Below, piece by piece: positions 51,650 through 64,000 of a stretch of 64,000 nt of DNA. Under the pieces are notes generated by a model. The model was not told the origin of the DNA and did no database searches. It worked only from the letters and a program-made list of their open reading frames with translations. The first letter of the stretch is position 1, and each line of letters begins with the position of its first letter. This DNA comes from Lytechinus pictus (lineage: Eukaryota), in contig NC_087251.1 of the NCBI RefSeq assembly GCF_037042905.1, positions 37,512,001 through 37,576,000 on the forward strand, written 5' to 3'. The position numbers and the translations under genes were made by a program.

Positions 51650-51920
51650 ATAATACTATACAACTTTTATAGTGCTTAATACTATTTTTCTAAGCGCTAC
51701 ATACTAATACCCCAGCTCTAGTACAACTACCCTGATAAGGTGCTTGATCATTCAAGGAATTCCTTCCTAGCGGGTACCCATTTACTACACCCGGGTGGGG
51801 AATGATAAATATTGTAGATGAATGCTTTGCTAAAGGATGCAAGGGCCATGATGGGATTCGAACCTCAGACCTTGTGTTTCAAAGTTTGGAGACGTACTAT
51901 CCACTGAGCCACAACATGTC
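51650..51920 (-). mobile_element. Diverged tRNA-derived SINE
   Basis: Reverse-complement A box TGGCTCAGTGG, B box GGTTCGAATCC and core AAATGGGTACCCG; related to 45388-45673. Confidence 0.75.
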
Positions 51921-52409
51921 TAGATGATTACACCAACCTGATCCAAATTCAGTTTGTGCAGTTATAAGCCAATATGGGAAAAAGTATGTAATATAAATAT
52001 TAGGTATTATCATCTGTGTAGTGTTAAAGTGATATTTTGGTCTGCATCAATTGCATGTGTAGTATCAGAGCGTATCCTAAAAAGGACCAAAATCCAACAA
52101 ATATCCCATAGGCTCCTGTACAAAATTTGCCGGTGAATATGAGACCTTATTCAACAGTCTAGTGCCCACGCGTGAATACATGAAATATACAATGCGTGCA
52201 ACAATGAAAGTAATGCAATGCGAAACATAAAGCACAACTACGCTCCATGACGTCATAATAAACTACATGCAAGTCCCATGTCAATGACCAAATTCGATCT
52301 TATGAAGTGATGATGCCATAATGTGATACATGTAAGTGATACGACTTGTTCGATCAAATTTATCCCTCATTTTTTTGGAGGGGGTGGGATACATGTAGAT
52401 GATAATAAC

Positions 52410-52548
52410 TATATTGGATGGCTTTATTCATGGAATACCAGAAATATTCCACTCATTAGGGCCAATATTCCACTCATTTTTGAATCGTGGAACATTTGCC
52501 CAAACTCTTGGAATATTTCTGGTATTTCATTCTGAGCCATCCAATATA
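52410..52548. repeat. Short palindromic element
   Basis: TATATTGGATGGCT...ATACCAGAAATATTCCA pairs with TGGAATATTTCTGGTAT...AGCCATCCAATATA. Confidence 0.7.
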
Positions 52549-54822
52549 ATATAATTATTATTTTAATGCCAACACTTTTTTTTTATTTTCACAAGATTAC
52601 GATCTTGTCCCACATCTTGATGTTAGTGCTCTATCATCAACTGAAATCGATCTTCCAGAGTCAAGAATGAAGGAAATTTTCTCATTTTCTTGGGAGTTTC
52701 CAACCAGGCATATTGCTTTAATTTAAATATGGCCAACGAATAGCTTTTTAGAGGTACAGATGTGAATTTTTAGAACTTGATGGAAAGGGGTTTGTGCAGA
52801 GAATTCACTTTTTTAATAATAATGGCACATGTAGTAGTGTAAAAGTCCATTCTGCAGAGAGACCAAGTTGTGTGGAAAAAATACTAATGCTAGCATACAA
52901 TTCTTCATGTATTTTGTACATAGTTCCACAATGAAACTAATTAGGGCATATTCATTTGGAAAAAAATCACTAAGAGTTGTGACGCATGTAGTGTTTTCTT
53001 CACCAGCCATTCCTTTTTGCTGTTTGCAATCAACTACAAGGTAATATTTCATTTCAGTATTTCTGGTTTTTGTGCTTAACCTGCAGGGGTACATGTATTT
53101 CTACTTGTAAATTGACATAGGCATATATTTATAAAATTAGTAAAGTGACATAGGCCTTCATGTTTGTAGTGTTGTATTCATGTAGGCCTACATATAGCTG
53201 GATGTGTGCATTGAATTCCAATAATACCACTAGCGTCGTTTTTCTGAACAAGCTGACGTCATGGCAAATTGACCATTGATTACCGCAGATAGGAAGTATC
53301 CAGAGGCTCATTGCATTCTCATTATCTTCTGGATTTATGGCAAGCAGTCTGAGATGATCGTTGTAAGGATGACGAACATGTGCACTCCAATTCAATGTTA
53401 ACTCATATTCAAGGTCAAGCGATCATGATTTATTCATTGAATACATTGTCTCTGCCCAATAGCAGTGCCTCAGGGGGAGCAACCTCCCCACTATTATTTT
53501 TTTCAAGTTAAAAAAGGGGAAGAAAGATTGTAATAAAAGAACTACAGGAGGAAAGGGAAGGAAGAGGGAAAACAAGATTTTAAAGAGTGGTATGACCCCC
53601 CCCCCCCTTCTAATGAAACATTCTGGTGCTGCCCCTGTCTCTGCATATGATCTAGTTCAGACCATTGGATCCAGTACAAAACTGATTTATACTAGAAGTA
53701 ATGCTGAGCTGATCCCTAATTGAATGGGAGGCCCATCCGTCATGATTTCTATGAAATCAGATGGTGAATTCCTATCTGCTATCAAACAACACATGTAAAG
53801 ACCATAAGATGAGAGATGACACTGTTTTATAAACAAGGAGAGAAGAAGAGAAGTTGATACAATTATTAACAAATAATCAATTAGATGTGATATATGTGAA
53901 ATGAACATGAGTGTAAAAAAAGCTGACTAATTCTAAGAATTGTTTTTGTTTTAAGGCCTAATTTACATGTGTCTCTCTCAACCCCCCCCCCAAAAAAAAA
54001 AAAGACATATCTCCTTTCCAATTCATTACTAGATTATCTTTATATGATTGTGTATGCCCTGAAATGGTTATGATGTGGAAGATATAAAATAATAAGAAGT
54101 TATTTTATTTAGGGCCCAAGAATGGATTGGAAAGAAAGAAATAAATCTACTTTGAACAGATGTGTATTTGATTTAAGCATTTGAAAAGATTTGGTAAAAG
54201 GACTTGTCATATTTTCAATCCTCGTTGATGTAGAGCTCCTCAATTTCCTACGATTTAGAAATCAGGTCCCTGCAACAGTCAGACAAATATGGTCTACATA
54301 ATACCTACAATGTATTTGGGAAACCAACATGCACCAGGTTTCTCAGTATGTGTGATGTACGTCATGTATATTTGCCAACTTCCGGCTGTGTCTGCTTGAT
54401 ATTGTTCAAGCGTGAGCGAGAGCAGTCATTTTCCGACTCAAGTTTATGGTGAACAATGAAGATGATTTATCAGTCTGATGAGGAGAGTGAAACTAGATAG
54501 ATGCAAATAGTCATTTCGTTTAAATGTCGACTTGGCATAATTGGATCGGGGGGAGCATTTCATGAAACAAATAGTATGTGATTTCCTCTGACAAACGTTG
54601 TAAGCTACTGAAATCCTTGCATCTGATTGGCTTGGAGCAAATTTGTTTGAAAATCACTCTTGAGGTGCTTCAGAACACATAATAAATAGTGTCTACTTAA
54701 TCATCCTCCCTGTTTACCTAATCCATAGAATCTTGTCCTGTGTGTATATGGTTTTTCTTCATTTGGTCTTCCAGTAGTTGGCCTACTTCTCATAATATAT
54801 AGGCTGAACCCATATGGTCAAC

Positions 54823-57800
54823 CAACGTTCTCGCCAGGTTCATTCTGACGCTTGGCGGCGCGAAGCGATGATACGCAAGCCGCGCAGCGGCCTTGGTGCG
54901 AGCAAAGCACGCACGGGGGGAGGGTTGCGGGAGGGGGGTTTCCCCCCTCCCGCGCGGAGCGCGGTAGCTATCGAAAATATCAATATCGACGAGCTTAGAT
55001 TGCTGCTAAATGCACCACATTTTATGTCTATTTAATGCTTCTCCGGCCACACAGCCGTAACGGTTGCGCGAATTGCGATCGATTGAAGCAGAAAGGCAAG
55101 TACTGATGAAAAAGGTCAAAAGAAAAGATTTAAATTCAATCTCATTTTATACTTACAGTTTATAGATTTATTCACATCAATGACATCGATAATGTACTCC
55201 ATACTTTCCAATGTCTAGATCGCTACGTCCTTAGAAAGTGCGATTCATTTTGTGAATGCGTGTCAATGACCGACTACATCTACGGACCGCATGTGCGCCG
55301 CGCCACGCCCTTACTCAATCCAAAGATTGTTCCGACTTTGTTTGGAAGCCTCGGAAGAAAACTTCCAAGGCTTCCAAATAATGGGCATCGGTATTCATGA
55401 GACGATATAATTTGCATGTTTGTTTTGTTTTCAGATACTCACTGAAACTATAACTCTCATAATTAAGACTTCTGCTGATGTTGTAAAATACTAATAATAT
55501 CCAATCAAGATTCGTTTATCACTGTCAATTATTGCTATGTTCATTTGTATTGTTCTATACTCGCCTATAAAATAATGAACGTGTCCATCACGAGCAGGAG
55601 AAATATTTTTAGTCATTCATCATACTTTAATATTACGATTTTGTTCTTATTATAATTAATTGCGATTTAAAATGTTTTAAAAGTAAAGCTTAATTGACAG
55701 GAAAGCAGATTTGTATTTTTAAATAATGCACTATGTAGGCCTACAAATACAGCGTGTGTGAAAGAGAGGAAGAGGGGGGGGAGGGTTGTAGCTAGGATGG
55801 TCGAAGGGGGAGCGCGAAAGGAGAGGGGTCGTGGCGTGGACAATGACAAGGGGATGTTGAGATCGTACGTGTGTGTGGGATTGGTGAAGAAGTCAATATT
55901 CGAAGCGAATGCATATTTATAGACATGTCTATACTTCTTCTGATGATGACGGCTGAATAATCTTTCTTTACATGTATATTTTGGCGATTTTGAATTTTAA
56001 AAATATTTTCTTGCACCATGAGTGGGAAGATCGAGGTACGTGATTCAATAAATTGCATCAGTTTTCAAGTTACAGAAATTCACGAACAGATTATTATAAT
56101 TGAAAAAAAAAAAGAGTCAGAAAGATCTTTTTATAGCCCCCATCCAGCGTAAACAACATGAAGAATATTTGAGGTCACGAAACCAGCTGATTCGCATTCA
56201 TACAACAGGTTAACAGGTCACGCACATGGTACACAGTCATTCCAAGGGCGGGAATTCGGGGAAACCCGTTTTCAAGCACAATGATTGGCTCAACCCAGAA
56301 AGTGAATACTAATTAGATCACGTGCCATCGGCTTTGGGGCGTCTCGTTCACATTCCAACTCATTTCATAAATATAATCCACTCGCAGTAATTAGGCTAAC
56401 GACGTTGTAAAGATAACTCTATATACAAAACACAATTCCGATATAAAACATATATAACGACATAAGTGAAATTGAAAAATTCATCCAGCGATATTCAAAT
56501 TATACTAGCGACTCATGTGGGCGTGGGCAAACGAAATACATATCCTCTAAAACGTTCACACATATCAACTTCAATAATTCGTACTTGAAATGCAGGGGCC
56601 GCGGAAAGGTCTTGAAAGTGGGGGGGGGGGGCTGACCATCATGCAAAAAACGCAATCAGGTGGTCCTGTTTTTGTACACGGTTTTGGAAAAAAAAGTGGG
56701 GGAGCTGAAGCCCACCCAGCCCCCCCCCCCCCCTGTTTCCGCGGCCCTGAAATGAATATCTGTGAATGAATTGTCAATTCCACTTTGTTGAATGTGTACT
56801 TTTATTGAAATCTATTGAATCACGTACCCCTCCCGACCAAGTCCAAGGGTTAATTTTCCACTCGCCATAAAGATTATGCAGCCACAATCACAGTAGACAC
56901 ATCCATAAAAGAATATTGATTTAATTCGCTCCGAACATTGACTTCTTTTCGCCAATCCCCTCCCCCACAAAGTCACAAACATCCCATCATTTTCATTTAT
57001 ATTGCCCACGACCACCTCCCATTATTCTCTTTCTCTTTTACACAAATTAATTTCAAATAATATTTTATTTTAAATCGTAGTTGTTACCGGGAGTTGTTAA
57101 GCAATTGTACAACAAATTCATGAAGCATTCACTGTAATGACTAAAAACATTTCTCAGGACGGTGACAGGTGCGTTCATTAATTGGCAGGCAAAGAGTAAT
57201 AAAGAACAATACAAATGAAAATACACTGTACGTATAACTCACATTAAAAAATGAGTCGTAATATGATAAAAAGCGTGAATAAAATTAATAAAGATTATTA
57301 CTTATGAAAATTATAACAGATTCAATGAATATCTGAAGAAAAAAAAAACATTCAAATCGGTTTTGGATCCCATCTAATTTTGGAAGACTCGGATAGATTT
57401 TGATGCCATGTGCGATTTGTATTATGTATGTGGCCATGGCGAGCGCTAGTGCAGTGACAGAACTTGGTAGACACACCGTCGCGAAATTAATCAACACTTT
57501 CAAAAGATCGATGTAGAGATCAAGACTTTGGAAATTATGGAGTAAAATTGGAATATAAATGTGAATAATCATTTTGCTGTAAGTAAATGAGTTGGACATT
57601 ATATCAATCCATTCCTGTGGCTGTGGCTTTGTCATTATTAACGTGATCTTTTAATAATTTTCTCAATTCGTTCTACGGCAGTGTCATCAGAAATGCATTC
57701 AATGAATTCATGTAGATGTAGCTATAATAAGGCTGGGGCCTGGGACGAGATGAAACTAAATTTCGATCGAATTTTTATATTATTTTTTGACACACTTTAC

Positions 57801-58289
57801 TTTTGACAAAATAAATGACAATATCAACTGAAATTCGTAACATCTAAATTACATTGCCCAACCCAGTAACCCACGGTACCCCTCTCTTCTCACTTTATTT
57901 TTGAGCGTATTTTACTACCATTTTAAAGACGTAAATAATGAGAGCAATGCGATACGCAAATGCGAGGTAAACATCTTCGCACTTCCCACATAAGAGAGAG
58001 AGAGTTAAATTGGGCCTCGAGTCGAGGTCGTATCGTATACAGCATAGTAGCGAAGCAAAGAAATCCCGGGAAGAAATCGTGGAAGAAATAATCGACAAGT
58101 TTATTTTAGGATCTGAAAAGCAGATTGTTTTTATTTTAAATATATTATTCAGTTTTTTGTGTGGATCTAGGCCTGTTTTACAGTTGTCGGCCACGGTTGT
58201 CGGGGAAGTTCACGGTTGGCGGATTTGCCCTGAAAATTTTCAGGGTTGTCGGCGCCCGCCAACCGTGACGCGTGGTAGCGAGAACGTTG
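54823..58289. mobile_element. 3467-bp non-autonomous DNA transposon (P- or hAT-like)
   Basis: 12-bp perfect TIR CAACGTTCTCGC/GCGAGAACGTTG; exact 8-bp TSD TGGTCAAC (54815-54822, 58290-58297); no transposase ORF; inserted in an older TAGACCA/TGGTCTA foldback repeat (about 54690-58590). Confidence 0.85.
56593..56749. mobile_element. 157-bp MITE with 5-bp TSD, nested in the 3.5-kb element
   Basis: CAGGGGCCGCGGAAA/TTTCCGCGGCCCTG ends; TSD AAATG (56588-56592, 56750-56754). Confidence 0.8.
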
Positions 58290-58609
58290 TGGTCAACATC
58301 CATTTGGTCTACACTGAACTTGATCTAGTACCCAAGTAGTCTAATTGCCATTTAGTCTTATGCCCAGATGGTCTGATATCCACTCTGTCTGCTTAATATT
58401 TTAACTTTATTAAATGAAAATTTGGTTCATAAACAGATCATCAAATCATATAGACCCATTGGTGTTAGACTATTGGTGGATATTAGACGAAAAAGGTATA
58501 GTGTCACTAAAAATGGTCAAGAGGCTAGATGGCAATTAGACCAAATGATTAGTAGACAAACTCAGATTAGACCAAGTGGGATGATACAAAGTTGGTGTAG
58601 ACATAGTGA

Positions 58610-58840
<231 letters not shown>

Positions 58841-58868
58841 TGACCATCATTTCTCTATGCCTTGTTAT

Positions 58869-59545
58869 AGGCAAGCCCCCCCCTAAAAGTTTATTGGAAT
58901 AAGTCAAACCAGCTTTACACTAAAGATTCAATCAAAATTGAATGTAAAATATAAAAAGCTATGTCATTTTAAGTTTTGCTTAATTTCACAAGGCAGTTAT
59001 ATGCAACTCTTACTGGAACTACAGCTACCATGAAAATTCTGTTTCCTGATTGGCTCTTCCAATTAAAGTTGATATTCCAGCAAGAGGATCCATTATAGCA
59101 ACTTTTTATGAAATTGGTAGGCAAATGAAGGAACCAATGACATCATGTAAATGAGAAAGTCATTGATGTCATTCTATTTCTTTTGTATTTTATCATATGA
59201 AATATTGTTTTTATTTACATGTTAAAATGGGAAACAAAATTGATTCTTCCCCTACCACGTAAAATTGCCATTAAAGTCACCTGTTATGATTTGATAAAGA
59301 GTCCCTTAATTGTCAAATATGAAAAAAGAAAAATAGTGTAGTTCAAACATTGAAATACCAACAGAATAGTGAGTGAGTGACATCACCATCTTTCTCATTT
59401 GCATATTGTGTTATGCATGTAACTCTTGTGACAAATAAGAAGCAATTGAAAATGTCATGACTTTTTTTTTTACATCCATTATGCTTGTTTTATTATCCTC
59501 TTTTTATTCGAATCATTTTTTTTTTTGGGGGGGGGGACTTGACCT
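58869..59545. mobile_element. Highly degenerate Kolobok/T2-type MITE with an internal insertion
   Basis: Shares ATAGTGAGTGAGTGACATCA, CTCATTTGCATA and the GGACTTGACCT|TTAA end with 27301-27903; begins about 30 nt after the exon 5 donor. Confidence 0.65.
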
Positions 59546-60104
59546 TTAAGAAATCCATGCACAATAAATATTAGGCAAGAATGGCCAACAGTATTGTTTA
59601 GGCGCAGTAAGACATTAGCCTATTGTTCACAGTCACATCATTTTAACGCCACCCCCCCCCCCCAAAAAAAAAGAAGAAAAAAAAAGAAAATAGTATGAAT
59701 TAATTAAAATAAAATAAATGAACATAAAAAAATATTGAAATAAGGAAAAATTGTAAATTTATTATCCATCATATTACATTTGATAATTTTTCATATTCCT
59801 TGCATAATACAAAACCATGGGATTTCAGACTGGGTGCCAATTTCTTTGTAAATGAAAATATTGTCAGTTATTAATAGGGTGAACATTACACATGTCAGTG
59901 GATGAATAAGTGCTCATTGTCAGATTCTGTATGGCATCGATACCCGTTGCTCTATGGCCACAGGCTCTATGGTCAAAGCCATTGAACCATTACGCCACAG
60001 AACTTGTCAATAATACTCCAGTGTGATATTTACATCTTTGTATTATCTGTATGCGTGCACTAGTGATTAGTGTGATTAGTCATTATTGGGAGTGAAGTAC
60101 AACG

Positions 60105-60185
60105 GTGCATTATTATCATTATTACAATTATTATTATTATTATCATCATCATTTTAATTATGTTATCATTTATGATGATTATCAC
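60105..60185. repeat. (ATT/ATC)n low-complexity microsatellite
   Basis: Imperfect ATT/ATC triplet run. Confidence 0.6.
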
Positions 60186-60294
60186 AAAGGTGTATCATAT
60201 ATACATCATTCCTCTGCGCCTATTCATAGTCAACTCGATAGAAGGCCTACCTATTATTAAAATCTGAGCTTTTAGTGTTAAGATCATGCAATGT

Positions 60295-60594
60295 AATGAT
60301 ACAATAATATCATGGTCCCTTTATATAGCGAAGCTTCTATGATTGCATATTATACTCTACTGAGCTTGATACTTGGTATCATATTATTACCGCGGCCGTA
60401 GCTGAGCCGCTGTATAGGCGCTAAAGCATTCAGGAAATAAATCCAACTGGGTACCCATTCACCTCACCTGGGTTGAGTGCAGCAAAATGTGGGTAAATAT
60501 CTTGCTGAAGGAAAACACGCCATGGCTGGGATTTGAACCCTAGTCCCTCTGATTGAAAGACGAGAGTCGTAACCACGAGACCACGACGCCCCCA
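60295..60594 (-). mobile_element. Full-length tRNA-derived SINE
   Basis: Reverse-complement head GGGGGCGTCGTGGTCTCGTGG...GGGTTCAAATCCCAGCCATGGCG; core GCTGCACTCAACCCAGGTGAGGTGAATGGGTACCC identical to the 45388 copy; tail CGCTATATAAA. Confidence 0.85.
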
Positions 60595-62399
60595 GTATGG
60601 TTTGTCATTTAGTGTCAGTCAAATATGAGATGATGATATAGCTTTTTGAATATTCATAAAATCAAATAAGACATTCATTATTTATACAACATATTATTAC
60701 GATACATTTTAGGATAAAGGTTCAGGGAAAAGAACTCATAATGTGCGAATAGGATTTAGGGTGTATTATAGTCCCAAGCATTGCACATGAAACTATGTAA
60801 GAAAGTAAAACCCCAATAACGAACTGATGATCAGTGCCTCTCATGGAGGAATCGTTCAATGTCACAGTCGCAGATGCACTTTGAAGCATCCTTATTTCCT
60901 TCAATTCTATTCCGTTGGCAATTGTGATCGTTTAAAGTATAAAAGGTGCAGTGCATCCCACAAAGCAGCTTATTCTCGCATTATTGAGAGAAGGAGAGAG
61001 CACACAAGATGAGGCAGACTGAGAGATGTGACGTCAAGAGACTTGGTTTCATCAAGCAATTTATGTTTGGCTGTGGATAGAATCATGCCGTGGGATTTCA
61101 TAATTTCTTGTTTCGTCTCTAAAGCTTTTTGGATATTAAATTACACAGCGTACAAACATGTTGTTTAGACACGCTGTGTCTGATGCAGTCACTAGTAGTG
61201 GCTACAAGGGAAAGTCTCCTTCTATTAATGCATATTGACATTCCTTCCCAAACTCATGATATTTTTAGTTAAAGGTAAAGGCTGCCCTAGAACTGTATTT
61301 AGTGATGAAAGACTACCATGCAAAGAATTAATAATGATATGGATTTGTATCATGTTTATTCGACAGCCTTTGATACAGGCCTACACTTGGGGCATGTGTG
61401 TTTAGGTACATATTCAATGATCATTTGAACTCATGCATAGTTGAAGATATGACAAATCTAATAACCTTCCCACTAGTAATATTTGCAGGTTATTTGATTA
61501 TAAAATAGGGACTAGTGCAATATTTGACAAGGGTCACTTACAGATTCAGTTAAAGAGGAAGGTTCTGTAAGAATGATTAACTATGCTAATGATGCATTGA
61601 TTATCAAAATAGCAATTAATTTCTCTTAATTTGGCAGATTATTGGCTTAGGTTGTGTTAAATACTCTTGACCTGATATATACTTCACCCTTTGAAACAAA
61701 TGCATTTCAAAGTAGAAGTGATAGACTATCCCTTTAAGACTTCGGAGATGTAATAAACTAAAAGTCCTTAGGCCATGTACATACATTGTCAGTGTTCATT
61801 CCGTTTTCTCTCGTCGTCTGAATTGAAATGTGAAATTTTGCCTTATTTCGCAGTAAGAAATTGTTACTTTTATGGTTGCAAGAAACAGAAACCTGCTACC
61901 CTCCCGCCTTCTAATGGCATTGATGAATTGCTTTCATGGCCCCATGCTTCCTGCAGAGAAAAACCATTATACATGCAAATGTTTCTTGCCCACTCACTGT
62001 CTATTTGGATAATGAAATTCTTGGTTTTACTCAATTGTTACACATGTGTAGCATAATCATTCACAATGAGGTCTCTTATTTCCTTACAGCCATCCTACAT
62101 GTATTGATAAAAAGGGAAATCAGTGGTATTATTTTGTTATCAAGCCCAAGTAATTCATAGAATGCATAGTCTTTTTCTGATTTTTGTATTTCTTTTTTAG
62201 CAATATTATTCGTGATTAGACGTTTTGCCATTCTGCAATACTGCTTGTAGAAATCAGTGATATTAGTAGACAATATCAGATATCAAGCCAAGTAATTTGT
62301 AGAATGCATATGGGTTTTTTTCCCCCTTCTTAACAGTGTACGAAATTCTGTTGCCATTTTTAGATTTTATTTTTCTACTAGTGTTTGATTAAAGTATAT

Positions 62400-62710
62400 G
62401 GCCCTTATTCTGAAGTCGGGTTTAACTTAAACTCAGGTTTAAAGTTGTGGTTTAAGTATGGATAGCCAATTGTTACATAAATCATTAACGGTAGAGATAT
62501 CATATTTCAGCTCATTTGGTTCTCAAATCATTCATAATTGTCTAGGAAGTATAAATAGAAGATTGTCCTCGCCATAGATGAATCAGGAAAGAGCACAGTA
62601 AACATAAGAAACATACAACTTAATAAAAATTTTGACACTTTTGGCTTCCCATAATTTTAGCACAGAGTTAGACCATGGTCTAAGTTAAACCTGACTTCAG
62701 AATACGGGCC
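62400..62710. mobile_element. 311-bp MITE
   Basis: ~30-bp TIR GGCCCTTATTCTGAAGTCGGGTTTAACTTA/TAAGTTAAACCTGACTTCAGAATACGGGCC; AT (or TA) dinucleotide flanks. Confidence 0.8.
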
Positions 62711-62757
62711 ATAGTGTTTCATTTTTTAGACTGTTTTCTCTCTTTTTTTTCTTTTAG

Positions 62758-62814
62758 ATTGTGTCTGCTGTACAGTACTGTCATCAAAAACGAGTAGTTC
62801 ATAGAGATTTAAAG
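62758..62814 (+). CDS. MARK: PAR-1/MARK kinase, coding exon 6 (IVSAVQYCHQKRVVHRDLK, catalytic loop); gene continues beyond the window
   Basis: Polypyrimidine tract and TTTAG| acceptor, AAG|GTACGT donor, 57 nt, phase 0/0. Confidence 0.97.
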
Positions 62815-64000
62815 GTACGTATTTTTCTGCCTCGAGTGCCCTACTTCTCATTTCTGAGTCATTTGTTTTCTTCTTCTGCTCATGTGAGTTGTTTACAGTG
62901 CGTTTCAGAACATTGTTCTTCTGATGTTATTCTATTTGAGCGACTCTCAATACATGATTGATTAACCATTGTTACCATTGAATGGTCGAGTTATCCGAAG
63001 AACACGGATTACACATCATTTGCTTTTCCATGATATTCTTTGAATTCATGGAAATGTATGTTTCATGAAAAGAAAATAACTGCGTCATCATAGTCCTTAG
63101 AAGACTACTCAAGCATAAAAGCACTAGAGGAGATTAGTCTAGAAAATAGACAAGTTGAAACAGAAAATAGTAAATTATTTATCGAATAAATTTCAATATC
63201 ACACCATTAGTTTGGAAAAGAAAATGATGTTTGTGAAGCAGGGAAAAAATTACACAAGAGCTCAGGCTGATCCCCCCCCCCCCCCCCCCCCGGAAATGCT
63301 TAAAAGAGAGAGCCCAGAAAATTAAAGACAAAAAACACCCTGTGTGAAAGCTTATGCAATGATATCAGATTTAGGCAGTAGGCTGTGAGAAGCAGCCCTG
63401 AAACAAAAAATAATTTCTTGCCTGTGGTAAAGGCTTTAGCACATGTGACTGAATTTGTTGGGTAGAGCAGTTTTAAACTCTTTCGAGGCAAAAGAAGGTT
63501 GCTACCCATGTTGAAACACTAAAATCCAGCTTATTCTTAGCCGTCACCAAAATATATAAATTTTGGGATACAAGGTTTTGTCAGCTCAGCAGTGATACCG
63601 TATATGTTATGCATATTCTGCTCTGAAAAAAATGCCAAGTATTAGGAGAGTATTCAACAACAAAGTTGACTTCTTCAAGATTGTGCATGGTATCTGTAGA
63701 AGCCGTACGTGTGGTTCTACATGATGATGGGAGGGCCTTGACTGTAAATAGATAAACAAACTGCTCGGCCATGGGAGCATTGAGGATTGGTTTAAGAGGA
63801 AGAGGTTAATGATGTGGCACCCTATCTCATCCTTAGGGGATTTCAGACCGAATCGAAAACCAAGAATACCAGGTATCCGCTGATCGGGATATTTAATCTG
63901 ATCTACCACATAGTTTTGCCAGTATGGAATCAAATTTTACGTGTAATATCCCCACAAGCAAACTCTGGCTAATTAGTAGGTACTAATCGAAATTAAGAGA

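Noticed and set aside
54470..54505. Hammerhead ribozyme (CTGATGA...GAAAC)
   Set aside because: Stem II cannot form properly and the required UH cleavage motif does not follow the CTAG.
58010..58339. 109-aa ORF as transposon cargo protein
   Set aside because: Starts at TTG, crosses the TIR and TSD into flanking DNA and has no recognisable motif.
63273..63291. Poly-C/poly-G runs here and elsewhere as functional G-quadruplexes
   Set aside because: Homopolymers are scattered throughout, often in MITE ends, and their lengths are error-prone; no specific context supports function.

Overview
AT-rich, intron-dominated animal DNA. The repeat landscape suggests an invertebrate deuterostome, probably a sea urchin (inference). 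The window holds the 5' half of one + strand gene, a PAR-1/MARK family Ser/Thr kinase. Six GT-AG coding exons (13824-13913, 14850-15002, 34003-34056, 46162-46210, 58701-58837, 62758-62814) join in frame into 180 codons, from MSRMPNLTTVHE to the catalytic HRDLK; the gene continues past the window. A probable non-coding first exon lies near 1.45-1.72 kb. The introns (up to 19 kb) are full of non-autonomous DNA transposons with readable terminal inverted repeats (TIRs) and target-site duplications (TSDs), Helentron-type elements, tRNA-derived SINEs and a LINE tail. Most notable: (1) a ~140-bp minus-strand element at 35255-35391 joining a 7SL/SRP RNA Alu-domain head, a Pol III B box and a Deu-like core, a candidate 7SL-derived SINE in an invertebrate; (2) two apparently identical 603-bp MITEs inverted 1.36 kb apart; (3) CAG/TAG-ended MITEs with unusual 5- and 6-bp TSDs; (4) pervasive TA-palindrome-TA words that resemble transposon excision footprints. 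Nearly all ORFs in the supplied track are spurious. All comparisons were made by eye, and family assignments rest on recalled consensus features.
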